64,000 nucleotides of DNA from assembly GCA_030704615.1 (NCBI GenBank), contig CM060733.1, positions 3,348,001-3,412,000 on the forward strand. Reading direction: 5' to 3'. Origin of the DNA: Takakia lepidozioides (Eukaryota > Plantae > Bryophyta). Position 1 is the first letter of the stretch, and every line of letters starts with the position of its first letter. A program made the position numbers and the translations under genes. Shown piece by piece: positions 13,001 through 24,652 of this stretch. The notes beneath the pieces are model-generated. The model had not been told where the DNA came from, searched no databases, and worked only from the letters and a program-made list of their open reading frames with translations.

Positions 13001-13702
13001 TGTGGACCGTATGTAGTCGTTCCTTTTCGTGCTTCGTGATCTGCTCCCTCCTAATCGAGATATGCCCTGTATATAGCATCACCCTTAGTTGCATATCCGT
13101 CTCTATCAGGCCCAAGTTACCAATGCTTCATCTTCATTCATGACTACTTTGTATGTTCAAAGCTCCATCTAGCAGCCGTTTTAAAGCCTGTGTTTCAACA
13201 GTTCGATTGGACAACTCTAACACACTTATGTTTGACCTGAATTGCAGATGCTTCTCTTGCATCTTACGAAGTGAACGAAGCTTTGGATGCTCTAATCTCA
13301 GTACCAGATTATTCCGAGGCTCTAGCGTTGCTAGGGTCGACAAACTTCGAACTTGTTTTGGGCAATTATTCACAGAAGCTGCTCACTGTGTTCCTTCCGA
13401 ACAATCAAGCCTTCCTCGTTACCCCTTCTACTTCGATTAACAAAATATTCTCAGAAGATCGTGTCAACGAAGTTTTGTTGTACCATGCTGTAAATGAAGT
13501 GTATGACGCCCACCGACTTGAAGCTGTCAAGCCAGTGAGCTTAGTGACCTTATCTGGTCTGCATTTTCCCGTCAGTGTAACGTCACAAAGAATCTTAGTG
13601 GGTCCGAATTTGAGTGCTAAGGTGGTAAGACCAAATCTGTATACTTCTACGCAGCTAGCCGTTCATGGGATTGACCAAGTTCTCTTCCCTCCTGGATTTT
13701 AA
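10078..13702 (+). CDS. Secreted GDSL esterase/lipase with C-terminal fasciclin (FAS1) domain; 6 exons: 10078-10147, 10555-10719, 11509-11765, 12061-12361, 12698-12982, 13248-13702
   Basis: Signal peptide MARLELRASLCLCFLISASSIVA, then FAFGDSWADTGN, GINFAVAGSG, IGNDY and VFWDTQHPT (catalytic S/D/H). The last exon has FAS1 H1 TVFLPNNQAF, the YH motif and H2 VHGIDQVLFP. All introns are GT-AG and phase-compatible. Confidence 0.88.
11915..11938. repeat. (GA)n microsatellite in GDSL intron 3
   Basis: Run of GA dinucleotides seen directly. Confidence 0.8.
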
Positions 13703-14299
13703 TGAGCTTTCCGAATTCCGATGCTTTTTCTAGATCGAGCTTGGATTCAAAAGAAGGCTCTGTGCAGGCAAACATCATCGATCTCCACACTTGCGTGTCC
13801 AAGATTTTGCAGTGAGTGTCTTATACAAGTAGTGTATCATAAAATGCAACCGCTGTATGAGATTCTTGAGCTGTTTCCAGCTTTTTGGCAAACCCTTTTA
13901 GCCCACAGGGATCTCGAGAGAACTTACCTCTTCATAATAAAGTCGTTATCGAAATTTCCTTCGTTCCTTCCTCCCCTCCTCTATCAATAAATCGCTGGGC
14001 TCCGGCCTTTCCATAAAAAACAAACACAAAAAAACTACAAAATTTCTAAGTGGGCATCTCGGCCACTTTCTCAAAAAAATCTCATATCATGCTCAAAAGT
14101 GTACCTCTGTAAAATCCAGTCCCGCGCATGGCATCCTCATTTTTCAATATTAATTACCGTGCGCGGCGGGGAATCGTCAGCGCAGTGTCGAGTTGAATTT
14201 GATGACACGAAACACTTGGCGGGTTCCTTTTATTAGGTCAAGGCTGGAGCATGAATCAGTTCTTCAACGATCTGACACAATGGTGGGGCATTAAGTTAG

Positions 14300-17060
14300 C
14301 CTTGAAGGCGAGGGATCTTCATGTAGATGAGAAGGAGTCTGAGAGAGTTTGACTAAACTCTGGTAGATCGTACTGCCTCGACCCGGGCGGAATTGTGTGG
14401 GACTGGGTTGTACCCCAAGTTCTTGAAGTTGGAATCTCGCTTTGCTCTACAAAAACTGCTTTTACAGTCCGTATCGAGGCTGTTCCTGAGAAGGGCATGG
14501 AAGTAGGATGGTGCAAGGTCAGTTTGCAAGGTACTCGGGAGGGTTGGGACTGTACGTGGCTGCCGAGCTGCCGATTTTTTTTTAAAATCCTTCACAATGA
14601 CAACCGCAATTTCAAGGTGTGGCTTTCTGACTGCTCGATGGAATCCTGCAAGTGAGCTCTTTGGGTGGATCTACGGTGGTTTGGAGTGATTTTGACGTGT
14701 TACTGCCGATGTGGCAAGAGGAAAAATCCAAAAACAGATAACAAGGACTAGGAGAAGCTGTGGATCGAATATTTTTCAGACCCCAGTCAATGGTGGTGAA
14801 TGCCTGTTCAATTACAGAGAGAAGCAGACAACATATGCAAATGTCATTGTCAGCTGCTAATAGTAAGGCGAGTATCTATGTACATACATGACTGGTGTAG
14901 AGGAAAGGATATATAGCTGAAGGAGCAGGGATAGAGTGTGGGTCCAGATTCACCAAAAGGACCAGATTTCAAGCACAAAATTACCTATGATTCCCTGTGT
15001 ATGGATAGGTAAAAGAAACGATGATGAATCAATTGGAAACAGCAGCAGCTGCAGCACAATTGATAAAATCAGGGCCAATGAGGACACCTTCTTCAACACA
15101 TTTCAGCCTGTTTTGCTCTCTTATCAGTGTAGTCCCTAATTTTTTAAGTTGGATTACTTTTGACATGTTACTGCCAATGTGGCAACAGGGAAGTATTCAA
15201 AAACAGACAACGGGACCAAGGAGAAGCTTTTGAAGGAATATTTTATCAGACCCAGTCAATGGTTGGACAATGAAGGCAGAAAGGTGGATGCCTGCTTAAT
15301 TACTGCGAGCAGCAGACAACAAAATAGATTGGCAAGCTTTGTTGCAAACCGTCATACTCTCTCTCCCCAACACATTTGGGTATGTCGTGGGAGAAATTCA
15401 GCAAAGGAACTAGTGTATGGTAAGTAGGTTTGGAGTGTTTGCACTCTGTATTTTAGGCTGTCATTCACAGCTGCTAGTATTATTGTTTCCAATGCAGAGA
15501 TAGTTGAAGTAGCAGGGATGGAGTGTGGGTCCAGACTCCAGACGTCCAGACTCATCTGATATAGCCACATAATTTCAAGATATAATTCCCTGTGGATTGA
15601 TAGCTACAAAACATGCATGGTTAGGTGGTCCACTGGAAGTAGCAGCAGTACCATAGTTAATAAATCAGGACCTCCTGCATGACCACAGCTTACGAAAGAC
15701 GACCAAGGGAGTGGGTCCACAAAAAGTCTTTTGGCACTTCTGGGCATGTGAGGATGCTAGTGAGGCTTGCAAGGCTCTACAGATTTTGAAGGAAGGAGGG
15801 AGTTCAGCAGTACTTATGTCTCTCTCTTGCAATGCATGTGCAAGCTTGGCATACCTGGAAAAGGGAAAAGAGCTCCATGGTGACATCGTCAAAGCTGGAG
15901 TCGTTCCACATGTCATTTTGAACTGTGTCCTGATGAAATTGTATGCCAAACATGGGAGCCTTGAGGATGCAAAGGGGTGTTTGAGATATTGCTGAACGAG
16001 ATGGGGTGTCATGGGACTCTATGATTGCAGGATATGCCTGACATGGGTGGAAAGCTGAATGGATTCTAAAGTTTTGGCATGGTTGGAGCTCGAGTCATCG
16101 TCCCACATGACAGATGCGTACAGTCAGGTAGGTTTAACAATATTGCTGAGCATGGTCCTTTTCACTTCAGTTTTAATCCCTTTGTAGTGGAATAAATTTG
16201 TGAGACCTAAACCTTTGAATTTTGCTGTTTGTAGCACTTTTTGTAAATGCGCATCCCAGTTACATATGGAAGAAATCTCAACACCAATATATGTGTAGGA
16301 AGCGGGCAGGAAGGGAGCACATGGATCACCGCCCCATCTGAGATCCCCTCCTCCCTCCTAATGATCATCAAAGGCCACTACCACATTTAATAGCATTGGC
16401 TTCTAGCCTTCATAGGTTAAAAGTACCTCTTTGCATGTGGCGGTTTGGGCTTTCCAGATTTCCTCTAGAAAGGCTGCCCACCACAAGCATCAATGTGTGA
16501 GCTGCCCAGCACCTAGGCACCAACAGGGCTGGGGCTTGATAGGCTCAGCCTGAAGATTTTGAAAAGTTGGAGGTGCAGGGACTATGTTCCTGATGGTCCT
16601 CTGATGAGAATACCCCGGACATGGTATCAGAAAATGGAGATTGTTTCACACTGTCAACATGTATGTCAAATATGGGAGCATTGTGGATGCACAATTGATG
16701 CCTGAACTAGTGTTGATAATGTGGAATATGACGATGGCAGGATTTACTAAGCATGGGTTTTCAGACATGAGCAAATGATGTGGGAAGGGGTGAAGCCCAA
16801 CCACATAACGTTTGTTTGTGTTTGCAATGCGTGTGCGAGCCAGGGCAACGAGGTCTATGGCGAATCATCAAAGCGGGAAGTGTACCAGATGTCATTCTGA
16901 ACACTACCCTGGTGGACATGCATGCCAAATGTGGGTGAATGAAGGAAGCAAAGGGAGTGTTCAACAATATGGCCAAACGAACTGTGATTGCAGGATATTC
17001 ATGGGTGTGGGATCAAGGCTTTGGGATATCGACGAGCAAATGTACCAGGTATTGGAAGAG
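14300..17060 (+). pseudogene. Decayed PLS-class PPR gene with OSB-type PDF motifs
   Basis: EKLWIEYFSDPSQWW* (~14752), PKGPDFKHKITYDSL (~14952) and EKLLKEYFIRPSQWLDN (~15221), followed by PPR fragments CNACASLAYLEKGKELHGDIVKAG...LYAKHGSLEDA (15810-15990) and 16650-17040. Many stops and frameshifts. Confidence 0.7.
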
Positions 17061-17414
17061 GAAGGTGGCATAAGATGGAGGATATAACTAGTGTGGCAGA
17101 TACTGGATTTCCTTGGAAGAGATTTTTTCCCCAGCTTAGGAGAGCTTTTAGCCACCCCAAGCGCTTCTAAGCAGCTTATGTGCCTGAGGCACTTCGCCAG
17201 GTTCCTAAGCATTTGCAGTTTGATTTTTGTTCCGTTTCTGTGCTTGTAGTTGTTGGACATTCGTCCCATAAGCCTAAGTTGGGGACGGGTTCACTCAATT
17301 TCGGGCACCCTCTCTCTCTCACATTCTTTGAACATTATGCGGCACTGTGCCATTGCCTCTTCAACAGACTCTGCATGTCTGCCCATTGTCTGTATTTTGG
17401 CTTTCCATGAGTAT

Positions 17415-17445
<31 letters not shown>

Positions 17446-20400
17446 AGCGGCAGCACGTCGGCGCTCGCGCGTCGGCGCTGCGCTCATGGGCGTTGGCGCG
17501 CTAGCGCCATCTCCACCACACCATGACGTCCAAACGCCAAAGGACGGCTGCCGATGAGGTAGACTACCCGTCTCCCTCTCGTCGACCTGATTCTCCTCTG
17601 CTTCTTCTTCCTGCCCCTGTCTCTCATCAAGCCTCTCCTTTGCGTCAGTACTCCACAAGGAGTGCTGATGTTCAAACGCTTCGGGACCAAATCTCCATCT
17701 TACAAACGAAATGCATGTCGGAGGAGACTGTGCAGCAAGTGCTCGCTGCCCGTGACAATGACTCGGAGGAGCGGTTGGCTTCCCTAGACAAAGACTGGGA
17801 GACGCGGATGGCTTCCCTTAACAAAAATTGGGAAAAGCGCATGGATTCCTTGAACAAAGATTGGCAGAAACGCATGACTTCCTTGGACAAAGATTGGCAG
17901 AAGCGCATGACAGACAGATACACAAACTTGGAGAACAATATGCGAGTTCAGGATAGCGTTTTGCGGGCCTCTCTTCAGGAGTGCACTAGCAAACTTCAAG
18001 GTCTGGCGAAACATCTCAATGACAAATCCACACATATGCGTCTTTCAAAACTTGAAGGCGAAGTGAAGACCTTCATAGAGAAGAGCCTCCCAGATCCCCT
18101 CACAGCAAGCATCCACCTGCAGGTGGAATCCCTTAGCAAAGAGCTGGAAACACACAGAACTGCGACGGCTACAATGGCTCGGGAGCTCCAAGCTCACAAG
18201 GCAGAGACCTCCTCCTGGGCTAATATAGTTAAGGGGAGCACATCCAACAACAGTCCTCACTCTCTGGAGGAGACAGTCTCGGCTACCTTGCGTGAGGAAC
18301 AACAACGGGCTTTCAAAGCCCTTAACATCAGGGTCACTGGGAAGCTAGGGGGCCTTGCTGAGGGGGACCCTCTTGACGCTGCCACCAGCCTTATTCAGCA
18401 AAACCTTGCTCTCCCACGGGGCGCGAGTGGCATTGAAAGGGCTTGGCGTGCAGGATCTTCAGAGCACAAAGTTATCATCATTAGATTCAAGGACAAGGGT
18501 GCTCGGGATAGAGTCCTCAGGCAAAGGCCTCAATTGAGAGGTCAGGGTATGTACCTCAACGATGACTTGACCCCTTTGCAATACAACGCCATGCGGGCGC
18601 AACTCTTGCAGGTTAAGCAAGCTCGAGCTCAAGGGCACTATGCCGTGTACCGAGATGGGAGGGTAATTGTCCGGGAGCACGAACGTCGCCCCTCTAGCTC
18701 TAAATAGGGGTTGGGGCACCATGAGACCAACGCACGCTCACATCTACACATTGGCTCATGGAACTGTAATGGCTCGTTGTGGAGCCACCCTCAAGGGCTT
18801 CTCGATATTCTTTCCAAGTGTGATGTTCCTTCTCTTTTGGAAACTCATGCGTATGAAGGAAAGGACCCCCCTTTTATTCTCGGGTATAGCTTTCAGTCAG
18901 TGATTCGTCCACGTACAGGTCTCAAAGGGTGGAGGTGTGGCTTGTTACTTTGCTGACTGGCTTCTCTCACTTATCTCCTTCCCATACAAAGACCCACTGA
19001 CAAGGTACATTTGGTATCACATCAAATGCTACAACATCCTACTGGCAGGATGTTATTTTGCTCCGGCCGCATCTCCGCACAACGGCCTACATATTCGAAC
19101 AGATTCACCATATGTTCCATTGGAAGACGATATGGCCCGTCTCCGTACCCCACAAACGGACATTTTCTTGGTTGGAGATTTCAACCAATATAGGATTTCA
19201 ACCCGTATAGGATCACTACAGACCCCCACCTTCGACCACACAGATCCTCTACACATCCAACACTCGCATACGGAATTGGAGAGGCAAAGTGCAGATTCCT
19301 CTTGCGAAATCACAAGTTACGGTCACCATCTACTCAAGTTAACTCAGGGGCTGTCCATTTACAATGGAACAACCAACTTCAAATCCTCCAGCCAGTTCAC
19401 TTGCCACACGTACAAGGGCCAAAGCGTGGTTGACTATCTCTTGGGGAGCCCCAACAAGCATGATAGAATAAGCTCCTTTTACATCACGAGGTACCCGGAT
19501 TCTGATCACTCTTGCCTTTCCTTTGCATTTCCTTCCATCTCCCTCCCCGTGAGGATCCCCTCTGCGTCTCTTCCCTTATACCCACGTATCCACTTTAATA
19601 CCCCTTTCTCTCACGTACATGACGCCGAGTATGAAACATACCTAGCGTCAACCCTCCCTTCCATTCTACATCTATCATCTCCTAACGACAAGGCTACACA
19701 TCTTACTCAAGCCCTTTGGGACTCAGCCCTACGATCTTTTCCCGTCACCCTTCCATCTACCTCCTCACCCTTCTCCACTCGTCGTTACGCACCATTTTAT
19801 GATGAGGAATGCAAGACTGCTAGACGTCGCATCAAATTTTTACTACTTGATACCAATTCTTCTCCAGAGTCCACTAATCTTGCTCTTAAGCACTATAAGT
19901 CCCTCATTAGATCCAAAAAGCAAGCCTACACTATCAAGTTGCAATCTTCTTTCTTTGCTAAAATCAGATTTTCTCCTCGATCTTTTTGGTCCCTCCTTAA
20001 ACCTCATAGAGATCCCCCCCAATCACTGACATTCATGTCTGGCATGAGTATGCACAGTCTTTGTACCATTCCCCAACCCAAACTCCTTCTCCTATAACCT
20101 CTAAACCCCTTCACTTCTCTCTCTTTACTACAGCCAATGTCAGTAAGGCAATCAAGAAGCTGCAAAATGGCAGAGCGGTGGACATTTCAGGACTTCAGAG
20201 TGAATTCATCAAGCATGCTGCACCTACTTTAGCCCCTTTTATAGCTAACCTCTTCAATGAGGTGGTGCAACGGGGCTTTCCAACAGAGTGGACAAAGAGC
20301 ATCATCCACCCACTTTTTAAGAGCGGTGACAGGCTCGCACCGACAAATTATCGTACTATCATGGTGTCCTCATTACTTGCTAAACTGTTTGGGGCAGTAG

Positions 20401-21492
20401 TGGCCATGGAACTGGATGATTGGGCTGAGTACTCTCGCATTCGTGCTGAGGGACAGGCTGGTTTCCGTTGAAACTGATCCACTATTGACCACATCTTCAC
20501 TCTTCAAGTTATGGTGGAAAGTGCACGCTATGACAAAAGAATGGTCTATGTTTGCTTCGTGGACTTTCACAAAGCCTTTGATTCAGTTCCTCGGGACCTT
20601 CTCTTCCAACGGCTCCATAGAGTGGAAGTCCCTCCAGACATCCTTTGTGCCATCTCTTCTATGTATGAGATTGTCACTGGCATGGTCAACGTCGCTGGTG
20701 AATTCTCAGCCGAGATCCACAGCAACATTGGAGTCAAACAGGGCTGCCCCCTTTCACCTACCCTGTTCGGGATCTACATTGACGCCTTGGAGAATTACAT
20801 ATCAAAAAACCATGGGGTTGGGGTCCCATTGGATGGGGGACCAACCCAATCAGATCTCCTCTATGCTGATGATGTTGCCCTTTTGGCACAATCCCCGGTC
20901 TTTCTGCAACGCCATCTCAAAATTTTGGAACAGTTCTGCAAAGACTATGGGATGCAGGTCAATCTTAGCAAGACCAAGATCATGGTCTTCAATGGCCAGG
21001 CTGATCGTAGATTCATCTTCAACCAGCAGGAAATTGAGATTGTGAAATCATACCGGTACCTAGGTCTGGTTATCCACTCCCCCAAGTTTCACTTTGCAGC
21101 CACTGCCTTGGACAGGTTGACTAAAGGTAAGGCGGCCTCCGTCCGCCTTCAGGCCAAATGCAAGCAAATACATCTGCGGCATCCCCCGACCAAAAAGTGG
21201 CTGTTTGACACCGTCGTCAGCCCTGCTACCATCTATGGTTGTGAGTTCTGGGCACCTGGTGTCCCTGTCTCCTGGTGGGAAAAGAATTTGGAACCATTAC
21301 AGTCATCTTTTCTCCAAGCAATGCTTGGCGCCAGGAGCACAACTCCATCTCAGATCCTAGGTGCAGAGTTCGCATGTGTACCATTGCAATCCGAGGCCCT
21401 CTTCAGGCTTACAATCTTTCTCCATAGATTGCAGGCCCTTCCACCCAAAGGGCTAGTGGCAAGGGCCCTCACAACTTCTATGAGGCTCAAAG
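17415..21492 (+). mobile_element. Non-LTR retrotransposon (LINE) with APE endonuclease and RT, 3'-truncated
   Basis: (CT)n(CG)n leader, ORF1, then ORF2 motifs IGSWNCNG, LLETH, VGDFN, SVVDY, SDH, NYRTI, CFVDFHKAFDSV, GVKQGCPLSP, LYADD, YRYLG. Homology appears to end near 21490; boundaries approximate. Confidence 0.88.
17523..18707 (+). CDS. LINE ORF1 (coiled coil with 11-residue repeats, RRM-like and C-terminal domain)
   Basis: Intact 394-aa ORF. It has LDKDWETRMAS-type repeats and NIRVTG...IERAWRAG...IIIRFKD...GMYLNDDLT, typical of the LINE ORF1 C-terminal half. Confidence 0.85.
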   Translation: MTSKRQRTAADEVDYPSPSRRPDSPLLLLPAPVSHQASPLRQYSTRSADVQTLRDQISILQTKCMSEETVQQVLAARDNDSEERLASLDKDWETRMASLNKNWEKRMDSLNKDWQKRMTSLDKDWQKRMTDRYTNLENNMRVQDSVLRASLQECTSKLQGLAKHLNDKSTHMRLSKLEGEVKTFIEKSLPDPLTASIHLQVESLSKELETHRTATATMARELQAHKAETSSWANIVKGSTSNNSPHSLEETVSATLREEQQRAFKALNIRVTGKLGGLAEGDPLDAATSLIQQNLALPRGASGIERAWRAGSSEHKVIIIRFKDKGARDRVLRQRPQLRGQGMYLNDDLTPLQYNAMRAQLLQVKQARAQGHYAVYRDGRVIVREHERRPSSSK

Positions 21493-21620
21493 ATTTGAAT
21501 TTCCTTCAATGGTTCATGGAGCTCTACTTGTTGACTGGCCATGTTTATGTATCTCCCCAAGACAGTCTGATTGTACAGGATTGGTCTCACCAACAATTAG
21601 TGCTCTTGAAATGTTGGTAA
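18708..21620 (+). pseudogene. LINE ORF2 (APE + reverse transcriptase), disrupted
   Basis: Split among ORFs 18711-18956, 18937-20097, 20061-20471 and 20511-21620 by frameshifts and a TGA at 20469. Confidence 0.85.
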
Positions 21621-21839
21621 TCTGAACCCTGCATCTACAGCTTTCAAACAATGCAAGTAAACGTCTGAACATCGCAATATGTCGACTCTTCATTGAGGTA
21701 AAGCGTACAGTAAAGATTCCACTCTTTCAATATGCAATATAGGCTAAGTTTCACAGGCAGAATACTACATCAATTTGCAGGCTCATGTTTCTCATCATGA
21801 CTAAACAGAAGAGCTAGACCTCACAATCAAAGGTCTTAA

Positions 21840-24413
21840 CTAGACATCGTATTTCCTTGCCCATGTTTTAAGCATCGGACCTAAGTGGGTGAAGCCAGAT
21901 ACAGAGGAGTAGAGATCAATAACTGCCTTCCATGCCGCCTCAGTGGGATGTACACCATCAAAGAAAACTGACTTCGAGGGATCTTCACATACTGTATAAA
22001 GTGGTTCCCCTTCACTGTCCAGGTAGCCACAAATGGTAAGATTATACTCATATTTTCCCGTGCAACAAGGTGCCAATGGCTTCACAAATCCTGCATCAGA
22101 CACAGTTTCAGTTTTAGTTTCGGGCATAAAATCAGATGCCCGTCCGAAGCTGTGGGTTGGAAGTCTCAACGTCAACCAGCAGTTCCGATACTCGGAGTAT
22201 ATTCATGAGTTTAGCTCGTGTGAGAGGTACCTCGAAATCATCCTTGCAAGGAATTGGAGAGTTTCTTGAAACTTTAATAAGAGTACATAACATTTACAGT
22301 ATTAACATTTACAGTACATAACAACCTCCGCCTAAGATCGAGTTTATATACATGTCCTTCCTCTTCATCAAAGGGCTAAGATTTCCAGTGAAATTTGGAG
22401 CACTAGAACTCGAGAGCCACAAGACTGAGGGGCGAGTTATCCACGTACAAGTGGGAGGCTTGAGCATTGACCAATGTACAAGCTGCAGACACTGAGAACT
22501 TTACATGTTCAAAAGTCATGCAAGCTTACCATAATCTTCGCCATTATTGATGAGATATTCAAAAGCCTTTGTCTGGTTGAGAAGTACAATGTGGGCTCCC
22601 TTCAGACCCTTGTTGAGTGTCCCCAGAGCCTTCTCCAACAAGAGGTTGTGCTGTACAGTCTCATTGTTTATAGTTACATTGTTCACGCATTCGGTGAAGT
22701 TTACAGGTGCAGTGATGAATGGCACACATGGCATAGGAACCACGTTCGCTACCATGATGTTACGAATGCCCAGGTTGTAGATACGCCACACACTGTATGC
22801 AATACCATCCACCACAGTGGTTTCCATTGCAGGTACCGCCTGCTCCAACCCCCAACCGAGCTCCAACCAAAATGACAGGACGTACTTGACACCATGTCAC
22901 CAAATTGGCAGTTTGTAGATTATAGTACACGGGATTTCCAAAGATTTATACATGTACATAGTCAAATCGATTCGTAATACTGGCCAGCACAGATTGAACT
23001 TCACATTTCTACTTAAAACTGATCAACGTGCGTGGTAAAGCTCTAAGTCGTGATAAAGCTCGATGCAAGTAGTACTTAAGACCCAAGTGTACCTCAACGG
23101 ATCCATGTATGTTGAAGGCAGAGTAGTCGTTGATTGCCAAAGCCACCAAAGCAACAGACCTTGCTAGATGCTTCTTGGACAGGACTCCCCCCTCCACGAG
23201 TCCCTCAAACTCATCCACTTGAGTACTCAAAGAACGATATCCGAATGCGTAGGTAACACCAGCACCTCCGAAACCAAAATTTATTCCGCCGACGCTCTCA
23301 TTATCCTTTATCTGTCCGTAGGGTGTTGGTGATGGCAATCCAAACAGCTCCGCTGCCATGAGCATTTTCAACGTCACAGTACATTGCACATTAGATTCGC
23401 ATCGTGGACGTAACTTGGATGGAGAAAGCAACTGTGGGTTTCACAATCAGTAGAGAACCTCTACAGCTTCAAAGGTAATCTCAAAGAATGTGCACATGCA
23501 TTGATTTAAAATGCTTAAATCTCGACCACATCAATTGACTCTTGAAATTTATCAATGACCAGTTTGAATGAGCACCTCACCTAAATAATCAACTTCACTT
23601 CGTCCATCGGACCATCGGCCAGTGGCATAGCCTGGCCATGTACATCCATACGGATAACCCCAGCCAGATCGGTTACTGTTGCCGGTATCTACAAAAGAAT
23701 CCCCAAACGCATAAAGGGCTTCTGCTGCATCCACAGAACCTGCAGATAACACCCAGCAGCTCTGGTTCTCGGGCAATGATTTAAATTTACTAGCACGAGC
23801 AACAATTTAGGAGCTGAAACACGAGCACATACATGTCCAGTAATTTAATTCTAGTTCAGACTTTCCAAAAATGAGCATTGAGCTTAGAAATTGGGAACAG
23901 TATGTTACTGTCGATGCCCAAACACATTCCCTATAGCAATATTGCCTTGAAGCTGAACCAGCAGCGCCAGCTTGACTAGGAGACACTCTGGCATGAGAAA
24001 TGACAGAGATTTAAGACAGTAGCCTGTTGCGAAACCCTCGCGTGCAATCATAAAGAATGAATTTGAATTTCAAATCGACTTACGAATTTCCCATTGAGGA
24101 GTCTGACTTGAGCAGCCCTACGTGTAGAGATAAAGACACTATTATAATCATGTAGTCCAGGCTTGAAGGATATCGTACATGCCTTGAACAGTACACGACG
24201 GTCCTGATTATGTCCGTCTCAATTCACCTCATACACGACCCTATTTCTTGCTTCAATTGATTGTTAGAGGTCAACAGCTCACAATCAACCAATTTCACCT
24301 GGGATGGATGTTATACCATAATCGGATAGCACAAACAGGAATGCGAGGTATACAGCTCGAGCTACCAGTGAGACTTCCAAGACGAAAATGGAGGTCGGCC
24401 CTGTTCTCATCAT
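21840..24413 (-). CDS. GDSL esterase/lipase; 5 exons: 24413-24299, 23739-23581, 23352-23093, 22839-22530, 22090-21840
   Basis: LYAFGDSFVDTGN, GRWSDG, GINFGFGGAG, AINDY and VFFDGVHPT motifs. Intron positions and phases match the GDSL gene at 10078. Exon 1 (hydrophobic leader) is the least certain. Confidence 0.88.
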
Positions 24414-24628
24414 TTCAAACAGAATTGCAGAATTCCTCCTTAAAACACAAGATATTCGAAGTGATGCAATCTTAAGATGTACAAGCTTAAAAACAACTCT
24501 CCACGTGCAAGTCTCTGAGTATTCGAGTTCACTTCTTATAATGTATCAATTTGAGTGTGGACGCCCGTACTAAATTCACTCTTTGTGATCTGGACACACC
24601 TCTGACAGCTATTTTCTAAGATCCTCAT

Positions 24629-24652
24629 CTCCACTCCACTCCACTCCACTCT
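24629..24652. repeat. (CTCCA)n microsatellite
   Basis: Four to five tandem CTCCA units. Confidence 0.7.

Noticed and set aside
13271-13702. Stand-alone fasciclin-like AGP gene
   Set aside because: It starts at GTG, has no signal peptide, and has an in-frame splice acceptor linking it to the GDSL exons.
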